This document shows positions 36,092-45,427 of a stretch of DNA of 64,000 nt, in pieces. The DNA lies in assembly GCA_944372115.1 (NCBI GenBank), contig CALVYH010000005.1, positions 11,812 through 75,811 of the forward strand, read 5' to 3'. The notes under the pieces are model-generated. The model saw only the letters and a list, made by a program, of their open reading frames with translations. It made no database searches and was not told the DNA's origin. How positions within the stretch are numbered: the stretch's first letter is position 1; each line of letters begins with the position of its first letter. This DNA is from an uncultured Bacilli bacterium (lineage in GTDB: Bacteria > Bacillota_I > Bacilli_A > RFN20 > CAG-826). The translations under genes and the position numbers were made by a program.

Positions 36092-36692
36092 TTAATAAAT
36101 TGATATCTTTTTTAATATCTTCTAAAGGAAAACCGATAACATTATAATAACTTCCTTCAATTTTATTAATTAAATGATATTTTTTATCATCTTGAATAGC
36201 ATAGCTTCCAGCTTTATCAAATACATTTATTTCGTTTAAATATTTATTAATTAAAGAAGTGGATAATTTATTAAAATAAACTTTAGTAATTACACTTCTT
36301 TTTATAATTTTATTTTTATAGATAAGTTGATAAGCGCTAATACATTCATGAAAAGAAGAAGAAAATTCATTTAAAGTATTAAAAGCATCTTTTTTATTTT
36401 TTGGTTTATTATAAATTTTGTTATTAAAAATAATTGCGGTATCAAGCGTTAATAAAATTTCATTATCTTTAAGATTATAATTACTTAATAAAGAATTAGC
36501 TTTTAAAATTGCTTCTTTTAAAGGATATTCTTTTATATCGATATTATTTTTATTAATAAAAAAATAATCATCTAATAATCTTTCATCAATATGCGGAATC
36601 ATTATTCTATAAGGAATATTTAATTTTTTTATTAACTTTTTTCTTCTAGGAGAAGAAGAACCTAATATGATTATAACTTCATCTTTATTCAT
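36081..36692 (-). CDS. maf: Maf-like nucleoside triphosphate pyrophosphatase
   Basis: IILGSSSPRRKKLI, KAGSYAIQ, GFPLE. Confidence 0.88.
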   Translation of the reverse strand: MNKDEVIIILGSSSPRRKKLIKKLNIPYRIMIPHIDERLLDDYFFINKNNIDIKEYPLKEAILKANSLLSNYNLKDNEILLTLDTAIIFNNKIYNKPKNKKDAFNTLNEFSSSFHECISAYQLIYKNKIIKRSVITKVYFNKLSTSLINKYLNEINVFDKAGSYAIQDDKKYHLINKIEGSYYNVIGFPLEDIKKDINLLINE

Positions 36693-36787
36693 TTTTTATT
36701 AAACCAAAAACAACTAGTAAAATTATACATTAAACTTGACTTAAAAGAGAGTAACATAATAGAAGAAAAGAGGTTAAATAAAAAAAT

Positions 36788-37718
36788 ATGAAAAGAAATA
36801 ATGGAAAATTTAAAGATTTAAGAATCGTTGATAATTTTTATCAAACAAGTGCATTTTTTCCAATGCCTACGATATTAATTTCTACACTCGATGATGAAAG
36901 AAAAACTACTTTAGGTGCTTATTAGCTTTGTTTTCCTTATTATATTGCGGGAAAAGATTATTATGCGATGATTTTAGAATGTAGAAATTCATCAAATGCC
37001 GCTCAAAACTTACTTAAAAGAGGTAAATGTGCTTTAAATTTTTTAGAAGATAATTATAAAGAATTTAAAGAGACAGTTAAATTAGGTTTTCCTGGACAAA
37101 CATCAAAAGAGAAAATGAAAAATTGCCATTTTAAACTTGAAAAAGGAACGGCTTTAGGAGAAGATAGACCTTTAATTTTATCTGATGCTTATCAAGTTTT
37201 TGAATGTACATGGGATAATCATTAGAAAATTCATTTGAAGATAAAATAAGAGTTAATTTATTAGATGGAATAGAACCTCCATATCGTAATTTTAATGGAA
37301 TAACATCTAAATTTGGCTGCCATTTTATTTTAAAAATCGATAAGATTTTAATAAAAGAAAGGTTTATAATACGATTATTAATGGTGTTAAAGCTATTGGT
37401 TTTCCAAATGTTCCAGTTGATTATGGATATAGAGATTCAACTAACTTTTGGTATTCAAAATTTAAAAAACCACTTAAAGCACTTATTCCAAATGTTGAAC
37501 AAAATTCGATTGATGGAGTAATGTATGCGGCTAATAGAACAGATCCATCAATAAAATTTAGTAAAGAAGCTTGTCAAATGCTTGTTAAAGTTCCTCGTGT
37601 ATTTTTAAAAACAGTATTAAATGGATGTGTAAAATATGCTAAAGAAAATAATATTACATATATTGATGAAAATGTTATGAAGGATATTAATGATAAACGT
37701 AAAAAAGAAAGAAAATAA
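36788..37718 (+). pseudogene. Decayed gene for a flavin reductase-like (FMN-binding split-barrel-like) protein
   Basis: ATG 36788 opens MKRNNGKFKDLRIVDNFYQTSAFFPMPTILISTLDDERKTTLGAY. An in-frame TAG lies at 36923-36925 and the same frame continues to 37225. The sense then continues in a second frame (LENSFEDKIRVNLLDGIEPPYRNFNGITSKFGCHFILKIDKILIKER) and a third frame (NTIINGVKAIGFPNVPVDYGYRDSTNFWYSKF...KKERK), ending at 37718. Confidence 0.75.
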
Positions 37719-37751
37719 AAAACTGTCACTTTTAGGAAGTGACAGTTTTTT
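37717..37751. terminator. Bidirectional terminator between the pseudogene and rnj
   Basis: aaaaactgtcact / agtgacagttttt. Confidence 0.8.
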
Positions 37752-39450
37752 AAAAGTTAACGTTCTTTAAATTAGATTTTTTGTCTAATATTAGAGGGAT
37801 AATCATTGGATTACGTTGAGTTTTTCTAAAATAATATTTAGATACAACACTTCTAACCGTATTTTTAATATCATTAAAAGTTACATGTTTAGAAGTAAAA
37901 AGTTGATTTAATCCTTCTTCAACCATCATAGAAGCATGTCTAGTTAAATGATCTTCATATTTTCCATAAGATACAAAACCTACTGTATTTACTCTAGGAG
38001 GAGCAATTAAGCAAGAATTTTTACTATCTAAGAAAACAAGTACTGAAACCATTCCATCATCATGAAGAATTTTTCTATCACGAATAACCGCAGTAGAAAC
38101 GCCATTAATATCATATCCATCGATATAAACATCTTCAGCTTGAAGTCTATCGCCTTCTTTAATAGTGTGATTTTCTAAAACTAATGTATCTCCGTTAGCG
38201 CAAATAAAGACGTTTTCATTATTCATTCCTAATTCTTTAGCGATATCTCCATGAAGTTTTAACATATGATATTCACCGTGGACTGGCATAAAATATTTTG
38301 GCTTAAATAGTTTTAAATTCATTTTTAATTCTAATCTAGAAGGGTGGCCAGATGAATGGATATCATGAACGATGTTATTTGTAATAACATCAGCTCCAAG
38401 TCTAGTAAGTTGGTTAACAACTTTAGAAATTGAAACACCATTTCCTGGAATAGCAGAAGAAGAGAAAACAACAGTATCACCTGGAGTAATTCTAATACCT
38501 TTAAAAGTTCCATTAGCAATTCTATTTAAAGCAGCCATTGCTTCACCTTGAGAGCCGGTACATAAAATAAGTGTTTCATTATCTTTCATGTTTGGCAAAT
38601 CAGCAACTTCTTTAAAATATGAATCTGGGAATTTAATGTAGCCAAATTTTCTAGCACATTCAACAGCAGTAATCATGCTTCTTCCAACAATAACGCATTT
38701 ACGGTTATGTTTTAAAGCACAGTCTAAAACTTGTTGAATACGTGAAACGTTACTAGAGAAAGTTGAAATAATTAATCTTCCCATTGCTCTATCAAAAATA
38801 TCGTTAATTGCGTTTAAAACGTTTTTTTCTGAAGGAGTCCATCCTTCTTTTTCAGCATTTGTTGAATCAGCTAATAAAAGGTCAACACCTTCTTCACCCA
38901 TTTTAGAGATTTTATGAAGTTCAATATCAGGTCCAACTGGAGTTAAATCAATTTTAAAATCTCCAGTAGTAACAATTCTTCCTTCGCTAGTATCAACACA
39001 AATTCCATAAGAATCAGGAATTGAATGAGTAACTCTAAAGAAAGAAACATCAAAACATCCAATCTTTAAGACTGAATCTTGATTATATTCAACAATTTTT
39101 ACGCTTGTTTTAATTTTTTGGTCTTCTATTTTTTGTCTAATAAGAGCACAAGCAAGTTTTGGAGCATAAATAATAGGTACGTTAACAGTTTTAATTAAAA
39201 AAGGTACAGCACCAATATGGTCTTCATGTCCGTGAGTAATAATTAAAGCTCTTATTTTTTGGTTTACGTCTCTTAAGTGGTTATAAGAAGGGATAACATA
39301 GTCAACACCAACTAAATCATCTTCTGGGAATCTAACTCCAGCATCAATGATGATTAAGTCTTTGTCGCTTTCTAAACAATAGGTATTTTTACCAACCTCG
39401 CCTAATCCACCTAAAGCATAAATTAAAATTGGATTTCTTTTAATATACAT
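37750..39450 (-). CDS. rnj: Ribonuclease J
   Basis: The metallo-beta-lactamase/beta-CASP motifs are present: ITHGHEDHIGA, YALGGLGEVGKN. The product is 566 aa. Confidence 0.95.
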   Translation of the reverse strand: MYIKRNPILIYALGGLGEVGKNTYCLESDKDLIIIDAGVRFPEDDLVGVDYVIPSYNHLRDVNQKIRALIITHGHEDHIGAVPFLIKTVNVPIIYAPKLACALIRQKIEDQKIKTSVKIVEYNQDSVLKIGCFDVSFFRVTHSIPDSYGICVDTSEGRIVTTGDFKIDLTPVGPDIELHKISKMGEEGVDLLLADSTNAEKEGWTPSEKNVLNAINDIFDRAMGRLIISTFSSNVSRIQQVLDCALKHNRKCVIVGRSMITAVECARKFGYIKFPDSYFKEVADLPNMKDNETLILCTGSQGEAMAALNRIANGTFKGIRITPGDTVVFSSSAIPGNGVSISKVVNQLTRLGADVITNNIVHDIHSSGHPSRLELKMNLKLFKPKYFMPVHGEYHMLKLHGDIAKELGMNNENVFICANGDTLVLENHTIKEGDRLQAEDVYIDGYDINGVSTAVIRDRKILHDDGMVSVLVFLDSKNSCLIAPPRVNTVGFVSYGKYEDHLTRHASMMVEEGLNQLFTSKHVTFNDIKNTVRSVVSKYYFRKTQRNPMIIPLILDKKSNLKNVNF

Positions 39451-39543
39451 TTCATTTACACCTTTAAAAACAATCTTTATAAAAGAAAAAATTATTTAAA
39501 TATTAGCAATAATTTTAACGATTTTATTATATAAAATTCTAAA

Positions 39544-40095
39544 TTATATAGCAATAGCGCCGATTTCTTCTTTAAAAGGTTCTAATTTATTTATATGATC
39601 ATAAAATAAAATTCCTTTTAAATGATCGATTTCATGTTGAGCAACAATTGCGCTATATCCTTTTAAATCTAATATAATTTCTTTATCGTTTAATAAATCA
39701 AAAGCTTTAACTTTAATTTTATAAGGACGATATATATAGCCAGGATGTTCTTTATCAACGCTTAAACAACCTTCGCCATTTTTTAAATAGCATTGTTTTG
39801 TTGACTCACTAATGATTTTTGGATTAACAAGAACATATTTATTTTCTTTTTCGTTTTCATCAATAAAATAAATAGCGATTAAATTGATGTTTTTTCCAAT
39901 TTGAGGAGCAGCGAGTCCAACTCCACTACGAATATTTTTATGCTTTTTTAAATAATCTTCATCTTGAGAAAGAATTAAATATTTAAGCATGTCATTTCCT
40001 AATTCCTTAATTTCTTGAGTTAAAGGTAAAGAAATATCAACACTTCTTTCTCTTAAACTTTTCTTATTATCTTTAACAATCTTGAATTCTTTCAT
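39544..40095 (-). CDS. def: Peptide deformylase
   Basis: GVGLAAPQIG, EGCLSV, HEIDHLKG. Confidence 0.96.
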   Translation of the reverse strand: MKEFKIVKDNKKSLRERSVDISLPLTQEIKELGNDMLKYLILSQDEDYLKKHKNIRSGVGLAAPQIGKNINLIAIYFIDENEKENKYVLVNPKIISESTKQCYLKNGEGCLSVDKEHPGYIYRPYKIKVKAFDLLNDKEIILDLKGYSAIVAQHEIDHLKGILFYDHINKLEPFKEEIGAIAI

Positions 40096-40165
40096 AACGA
40101 TTAAAATTATATAAAAATTTTTTAAATAAATACAATAAAACTGTATAATATTTTTGGTTTTATTT

Positions 40166-40498
40166 ATGAATTTAAACTTGCTTGAAGAAATAGATACACT
40201 TATTGATTTAATTAAAAAAGATAAACGCTATAAAGATTATATTTTTTATAAAGATTTAATTGAAAATGATGAGACTTTAATTAAACTTGTAATAAAAAAA
40301 GATAGTTTAATCGAAGAAATTACATCATTAAGAAAATATGATAAGAATAATATAAAAAAAGAATTAGAATTATTAAGAAAATTAAAAGACATAAAAAATA
40401 AAATCGATTCATTAAAAATTGTTAAAGAATATAAAGAAAAAGAAAGTGAATATAATAAATTAATAGATTTAATAAATAAAAACTTATTTGAAATTTAA
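40166..40498 (+). CDS. YlbF/YmcA (UPF0342)-like helical protein
   Basis: It is a small helical K/E-rich protein located upstream of rsmD-coaD, as in the B. subtilis ylbF-ylbH-coaD region. I prefer ATG 40166. Confidence 0.45.
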   Translation: MNLNLLEEIDTLIDLIKKDKRYKDYIFYKDLIENDETLIKLVIKKDSLIEEITSLRKYDKNNIKKELELLRKLKDIKNKIDSLKIVKEYKEKESEYNKLIDLINKNLFEI

Positions 40499-40509
40499 TT
40501 AAATAGATT

Positions 40510-41115
40510 ATGTTAATAATAAGAAGTGGAAAATATAAAAATAAAAGATTAAAAGAAGTTGATCCTTCAATTACTCGTCCTAGTAAAGATATAGTAAAAC
40601 TAGGTTTATTTAATATTATTGGAAAAAGAATTATTAATTCTTCGTTTTTAGATCTTTATGGAGGAAGTGGTCAAATTGGTTTAGAAGCTTTATCCAAAGG
40701 AGCTAAAAAAGTAATTATTAATGATTCATCTTTAAAAGCTTATAAAGTTATATTAGAAAATCGTGATATTACTTTAAAATCAAAAGTAAGTGATAATTTA
40801 GATGATTTTAATAAAATATCAATAACTAATTTAAAAGATATCGATTTTATTAAAAAATATGAAAATAATTTATTTGATATTATATTTTTAGACCCACCAT
40901 ATTTATATAATAACGAAAAAGAAATCCTTTCGTTATTATATAAATATGAATTAGCTAATGAAAATAGTTTAATATTTATTGAAAAAGATAGTGAATTAGA
41001 TATTTCATTAGCTAATGATTATAATATTAAAAAATATAAATATGGTCGTAGTTTATTATTTTTATTATCGTTAAAAAAGGATGATAATAGTAAAGATATA
41101 AGAAAAATAGATTAA
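40510..41115 (+). CDS. rsmD: 16S rRNA (guanine966-N2)-methyltransferase RsmD
   Basis: RPSKDIVKLGLFNII, DLYGGSGQIGLEALSKGA, FLDPPY. Confidence 0.88.
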   Translation: MLIIRSGKYKNKRLKEVDPSITRPSKDIVKLGLFNIIGKRIINSSFLDLYGGSGQIGLEALSKGAKKVIINDSSLKAYKVILENRDITLKSKVSDNLDDFNKISITNLKDIDFIKKYENNLFDIIFLDPPYLYNNEKEILSLLYKYELANENSLIFIEKDSELDISLANDYNIKKYKYGRSLLFLLSLKKDDNSKDIRKID

Positions 41116-41149
41116 TAAATAACGATATAAAAAGAAAGGAAATAAGTTT

Positions 41150-41647
41150 ATGAATAAAAAAAGAATTGGAGTATATCCAGGAAGTTTTGATCCAATAACT
41201 AATGGGCATTTAGATATTATTAAAAGAGCAACAAAATTATTTGATGAAGTAATTGTTTTAATCGCTTATAATTCTTTAAAAACAAATAATCGATTTAGTG
41301 TTAAAGAAAGAGAAGAAATGGTTAAAGATGCTATTAAAAATTTAAAAAATGTGAGATGTGAATCTTACGATGGATTAACTATTAATTTTGCTAAAATGAA
41401 TAACGCTAAATTTTTAATAAGAGGATTAAGAGTTGTTTCTGATTTTGATTATGAATGGAGTTTAGCTGCTTCAAATGAATTTATTGATCATGATATAGAA
41501 ATGGTCTTTTTAATGGCAAAAAAAGAGAATACATTTATTTCATCTTCAAATATTATTGAACTTTCTTCGATGGGAGTTGATGTTTCTAAGCTCGTGCCTA
41601 AAAAAGTAAATGAATATTTAATAAAGAAAAACAAGAACTCCGATTAA
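41150..41647 (+). CDS. coaD: Phosphopantetheine adenylyltransferase
   Basis: GVYPGSFDPITNGHLDII, RGLR..SDFDYE, ISSS. Confidence 0.96.
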   Translation: MNKKRIGVYPGSFDPITNGHLDIIKRATKLFDEVIVLIAYNSLKTNNRFSVKEREEMVKDAIKNLKNVRCESYDGLTINFAKMNNAKFLIRGLRVVSDFDYEWSLAASNEFIDHDIEMVFLMAKKENTFISSSNIIELSSMGVDVSKLVPKKVNEYLIKKNKNSD

Positions 41648-41820
41648 CTCGGATTTTTTCTTTTACAAAAATGTGACAAATTGTAATAACAAATAAACTA
41701 TATTAAATTATTTTTCTTTTTTTAGTAATAAAACACATTTTTAAAACATCCTTGTATGTATAGAGGTTTAGTAAGCCTATAATACCTTTTATTTTTATAT
41801 ATAGATAATATTTATATAAA

Positions 41821-41845
41821 AAAGAGGATCAAATTGATCCTCTTT
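41821..41845 (-). terminator. Terminator of the minus-strand gene 41867-42742
   Basis: aagaggatca / tgatcctctt, with a T-run on the minus strand. Confidence 0.7.
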
Positions 41846-41866
41846 AATTAATTTAATAAGTAACTA

Positions 41867-42742
41867 TTAATGATAGTTTTTATCAAATATTCCATCATAT
41901 GTCCAAGCATCAGCAATAAATGATGCTTTTCCATAAACATCGCTAGCTGCACTAAATGTTGCATCACTTGTATAGAAGACTTCGCTAACGATATATGAAG
42001 TAGTATTTGTATCAGTTAAATCAAGTAACATGATTGTTGGAGTTTGTAAATCACTTGTATTAATTAATGCTTCAGTATTTGAATAGATTGTGTTTTGGCC
42101 ACTTGAACCATCTCTAATACCAACATTTATATAATATCTTAGATTTTGAATATTACCCATAACTATACGGTAGAATTCAAGATAAGATTGATAAGTAACT
42201 AAATCATCAATAGCATGTTTATCTTCATCTTTATAATAATCATCATTGATTTCTTGATCAACAATAATTGCTTGGAAATAGAATGAAGGTTCTTCACTAT
42301 CAGTAACATATGTTGACCAGTTGTCTTCAAGATATTCACAACCTTCTTTTAATGAACTACAACCAGTACATTCTTCTTGAACAAAGAAGAGGAAGAATTT
42401 ATCACCATTATTAGAATAAGAAGCTAATGCTTCTCTAGCTCCTTCTTTATCTCCGTTTTCCCATAAATTTTGAGCTTCAACGAATTTATCAAAGAAGATG
42501 TTAGCTTCACTATTTTCTTCACCTCTTTTTGAACCTTCTAAAGAAAGTTGATGATCTTCAAAATAAACGATGTCACTTTCTTTTTGGTCCATTAATCCTT
42601 GAATTCCTTTAGTAATTGAAGGAATGGAGAAAATAATTGCAAATATAATACCAACAATAAGAAGTGGTTGAACCCAAGCGGTTTCTTTTATCCATCTCCA
42701 TATTGCAACAAATGGAGTTCCAATTTTCTTTAAAATATTCAT
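41867..42742 (-). CDS. Membrane-anchored extracytoplasmic protein with a thioredoxin-like CxxC segment
   Basis: I prefer ATG 42742, with GAGGA 10 nt upstream; the track ORF starts at TTG 42817. The TM helix is AWVQPLLIVGIIFAIIFSIP. FFLFFVQEECTGCSSL and a later TPTIMLLD resemble a thioredoxin-fold CxxC and cis-Pro loop. Confidence 0.4.
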   Translation of the reverse strand: MNILKKIGTPFVAIWRWIKETAWVQPLLIVGIIFAIIFSIPSITKGIQGLMDQKESDIVYFEDHQLSLEGSKRGEENSEANIFFDKFVEAQNLWENGDKEGAREALASYSNNGDKFFLFFVQEECTGCSSLKEGCEYLEDNWSTYVTDSEEPSFYFQAIIVDQEINDDYYKDEDKHAIDDLVTYQSYLEFYRIVMGNIQNLRYYINVGIRDGSSGQNTIYSNTEALINTSDLQTPTIMLLDLTDTNTTSYIVSEVFYTSDATFSAASDVYGKASFIADAWTYDGIFDKNYH

Positions 42743-43116
42743 CTCTTTAATCCTCAAATATATAAAATTTAATTTAAACGCAAATAATAAGATACCATTA
42801 TCTAGCTTTATAAACAAGTATAAAATAATTCTTTATACCATAGGTATAAGGTATCTAATTTCTTGTAAAATTATAAACTAAAGAAATAAAAAAATATAGT
42901 GTCTTTATCTTTGATAAAGAACTTAATTTTTATTTCTAAAACTTGATATTGACATTACCATTAAGGGTAGAGACAATAAAATAAAAGATAAATATTTTTA
43001 TATTTTAAAATTATTTTTAATTAAATAATGATTATTTGAAATTAATATAATTTGGATTACATTATTTAAGCATTTTTTGAAAATTATTTTATAAATATAA
43101 AATTGCGGAGGTTTTT

Positions 43117-44640
43117 ATGATTTCTCAAATAATTTTAACAGCACTATTAGTATATGATATTGGCAATATTGCTAATGTTTTTACTATGAAAGAAAATAAT
43201 GAAAATAATTTAACTTCTTTTATTGTTAAATTAAAAGAAAAAACTGATAAGAACGAAATTTTAAATAAATATTCTTCATCTATATTTGTTGATAGTATTG
43301 ATTTTTTAAATTCTCCAAAAGAAAGTATTAACACATTTTTAATTGACACTTCAAATTCATTGGGGTTAGAAACTTTTTTAGAATCGGATGGTTCAATTCT
43401 GTCTTTTACTATCGATGAAAAAATTCAACTTTTTGATTATTCTAAAGAAAAAATTCTAGATAATACGGATGTATCATTAGAAGCAGAAGCAATTGATGAA
43501 TGGGCCGAAAATATTAGTCTTAGTAAAGCATGGCAAATCAACGATTCGGCTTCAAACATTAGAGTTGCTCTTCTTGATAGTGGTGTTGATGGTGATCATT
43601 CTGAATTAAGTGGTTCACTAAATAAAATTTTATCTAAAAGTTTTGCTAAAGGATGTGATGCATTAGAAGACAAATATGGACATGGAACTAAAGTTGCCGG
43701 AATAATAACAGCTAAACATGACGGTGATTTAGTTTATGGAATTAGTGATAGGGTTGATTTAGTCTCAATTCGTATGACAGATGATGAGGCTTATTCAAGT
43801 TATTCTGACATAGCTAGCGCAATAAATTATGCTGAAACAATTAATTCAGATTTAATTAATTTCAGTTATTTATTTCCTGAAAAAGCAGCGACTTATCTTG
43901 AAGAGGCTATAGATAATTTTTCTGGAATCTTTGTTTGCGCAGGAGGAAATGAAGGTGATAATTTAGAAATTATTACCAAAATTCCGGCCTGTTTAGATAG
44001 TGATAATATTGTAGTTGTAGGAGCAACAAATTCTAGCGATGATATTCAGACCGGTCTAAATACTGGTCCATCTGTTATTGATTTGTTTGCACCAGGTGGG
44101 AACATGTACTTGTTAAATAATACTGGGGGATATTACAAAAGCTCATATAGTGCTTTCACTTCATATGCAACGCCAGTTGTTACTGGCGCCCTAGCGCTAT
44201 ATATGCAAAATCATCAATCGGCTAGCAATCGATCAATTATTAATAGACTTTTATCGACGGTAGATAAAGGTACTCAATTTAATAATAAATGTGTTTCAAA
44301 TGGCAGAATAAACATTTTCAAATTGTTGCACGAAAATCATAATTATCAATATAGGTGGCTAAATAATAAACAACATGAAGTAACTTGTTCGGAATGTGAT
44401 TATAAAATTAATGCTGGGCATGTTGTAGAGAGCGGTGCATTCGAAGGCGGAAGCAAACTTGCTACGTGTTTATTATGTGGAGGTAGTGCTGAAATGGGTT
44501 TTGTAATTGGCCCAATGTCTACTTATAATAATAACACCAGCCAAATTATAAATGGTATTTTAGTATTATCTGATACTGATTATTTAAGATTTATAAAAGG
44601 AGAATTAAGTGATGAAGAAATTTTATCTTACTTTAATTAG
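43117..44640 (+). CDS. Secreted or membrane-anchored S8 (subtilisin-like) serine peptidase with a C-terminal Cys motif
   Basis: RBS GGAGG lies upstream. The catalytic blocks are VALLDSGVD (Asp), YGHGTKVAGII (His), GGNEGDN (Asn) and FTSYATPVVTGALAL (Ser). The C-terminus reads HEVTCSECDY...ATCLLCGG. Confidence 0.85.
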   Translation: MISQIILTALLVYDIGNIANVFTMKENNENNLTSFIVKLKEKTDKNEILNKYSSSIFVDSIDFLNSPKESINTFLIDTSNSLGLETFLESDGSILSFTIDEKIQLFDYSKEKILDNTDVSLEAEAIDEWAENISLSKAWQINDSASNIRVALLDSGVDGDHSELSGSLNKILSKSFAKGCDALEDKYGHGTKVAGIITAKHDGDLVYGISDRVDLVSIRMTDDEAYSSYSDIASAINYAETINSDLINFSYLFPEKAATYLEEAIDNFSGIFVCAGGNEGDNLEIITKIPACLDSDNIVVVGATNSSDDIQTGLNTGPSVIDLFAPGGNMYLLNNTGGYYKSSYSAFTSYATPVVTGALALYMQNHQSASNRSIINRLLSTVDKGTQFNNKCVSNGRINIFKLLHENHNYQYRWLNNKQHEVTCSECDYKINAGHVVESGAFEGGSKLATCLLCGGSAEMGFVIGPMSTYNNNTSQIINGILVLSDTDYLRFIKGELSDEEILSYFN

Positions 44641-45151
44641 CATATTATTTAGCTTAATTAGTTGTGTGAATAAAGTTAATAATTTAAATAATGAGACTAT
44701 TCATTTTATTCCTTCATTTTCACCTGTAACGACATCGCTAATTTTTGATAATAACGAATTAATTAATTTAAAAAAATATGATTCTGAAAGTGAATTTAAT
44801 AACGATTATAATATTTTATTAAGTTCAGAAATTTTAGTAAGAGACGAAAAATCATTATCGAGTTTAGAATTTAATAGTGATTCAATTTTAATTTTAGTTT
44901 CGCTTTTAACGATGTATGAAAATTGTTATCCAGTTAATCTTACTAATATTGAAACTAAAAAAGCTAACAATGAATGTGTTTTATCTTTTTCTTCTTTTAA
45001 TGAACATGAAGGAGAAGGAGGATGTGGAATAAGTCTACCTTCTTTTTGTTATTTCTTTATTAATATTGGTTTAAAAGGCGAAGATTTAAAAGAAATTGAA
45101 GTTAATTATAATGTTTTAGGAGAAAATAACGTTAAAGAATTTAATTTTTAA
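44612..45151 (+). CDS. Lipoprotein
   Basis: MKKFYLTLISILFSLIS|C lipobox. It overlaps the 3' end of the S8 gene. RBS AAAGGAG lies 9 nt upstream. Confidence 0.7.
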   Translation: MKKFYLTLISILFSLISCVNKVNNLNNETIHFIPSFSPVTTSLIFDNNELINLKKYDSESEFNNDYNILLSSEILVRDEKSLSSLEFNSDSILILVSLLTMYENCYPVNLTNIETKKANNECVLSFSSFNEHEGEGGCGISLPSFCYFFINIGLKGEDLKEIEVNYNVLGENNVKEFNF

Positions 45152-45427
45152 AATTTAGCTCAAATTAAAATTGTCTATTTAACTAAATTTAAGGAAAAAT
45201 AGGGAATTTAAAATTCCTATTAATCCTTTCGATTGAATATCCTGGTTTATAAGCCATTTTCTGATCGCATTTAGAAAGTAATTGGTTGAACAAAAAAATA
45301 ATGATAGCCCTAGATTTTCACAAATAAATGTTTTTTGTCTCTTCAATTTAAAAGAAATTTAATTTTAAAAACTTTTTGAAATATTACCAAATTCTTGTTG
45401 TTTTTATAAAACTTTTTGAGTATATTA

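Noticed and set aside
36923-36925. The in-frame TAG as possible recoding (for example pyrrolysine or a suppressor).
   Set aside because: The same gene also needs at least two frameshifts to be read. TAG is used as an ordinary stop elsewhere, for example in rpsJ and pfp. A pseudogene is the simpler explanation.
42902-42920. The palindrome tctttatc-ttt-gataaaga and a nearby TTGACA-like box in the 300-bp divergent spacer upstream of the S8 peptidase gene.
   Set aside because: Short AT-rich palindromes are frequent by chance in this composition. I could establish no link to a regulator or any conserved spacing, so I did not report it as a feature.
45152-45415. The 264-bp spacer upstream of the YitT-family gene, scanned for a riboswitch or T-box.
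   Set aside because: Only an imperfect hairpin lies near 45195-45220 (probably the terminator of the lipoprotein gene). I recognised no specifier, T-box or known aptamer motifs.
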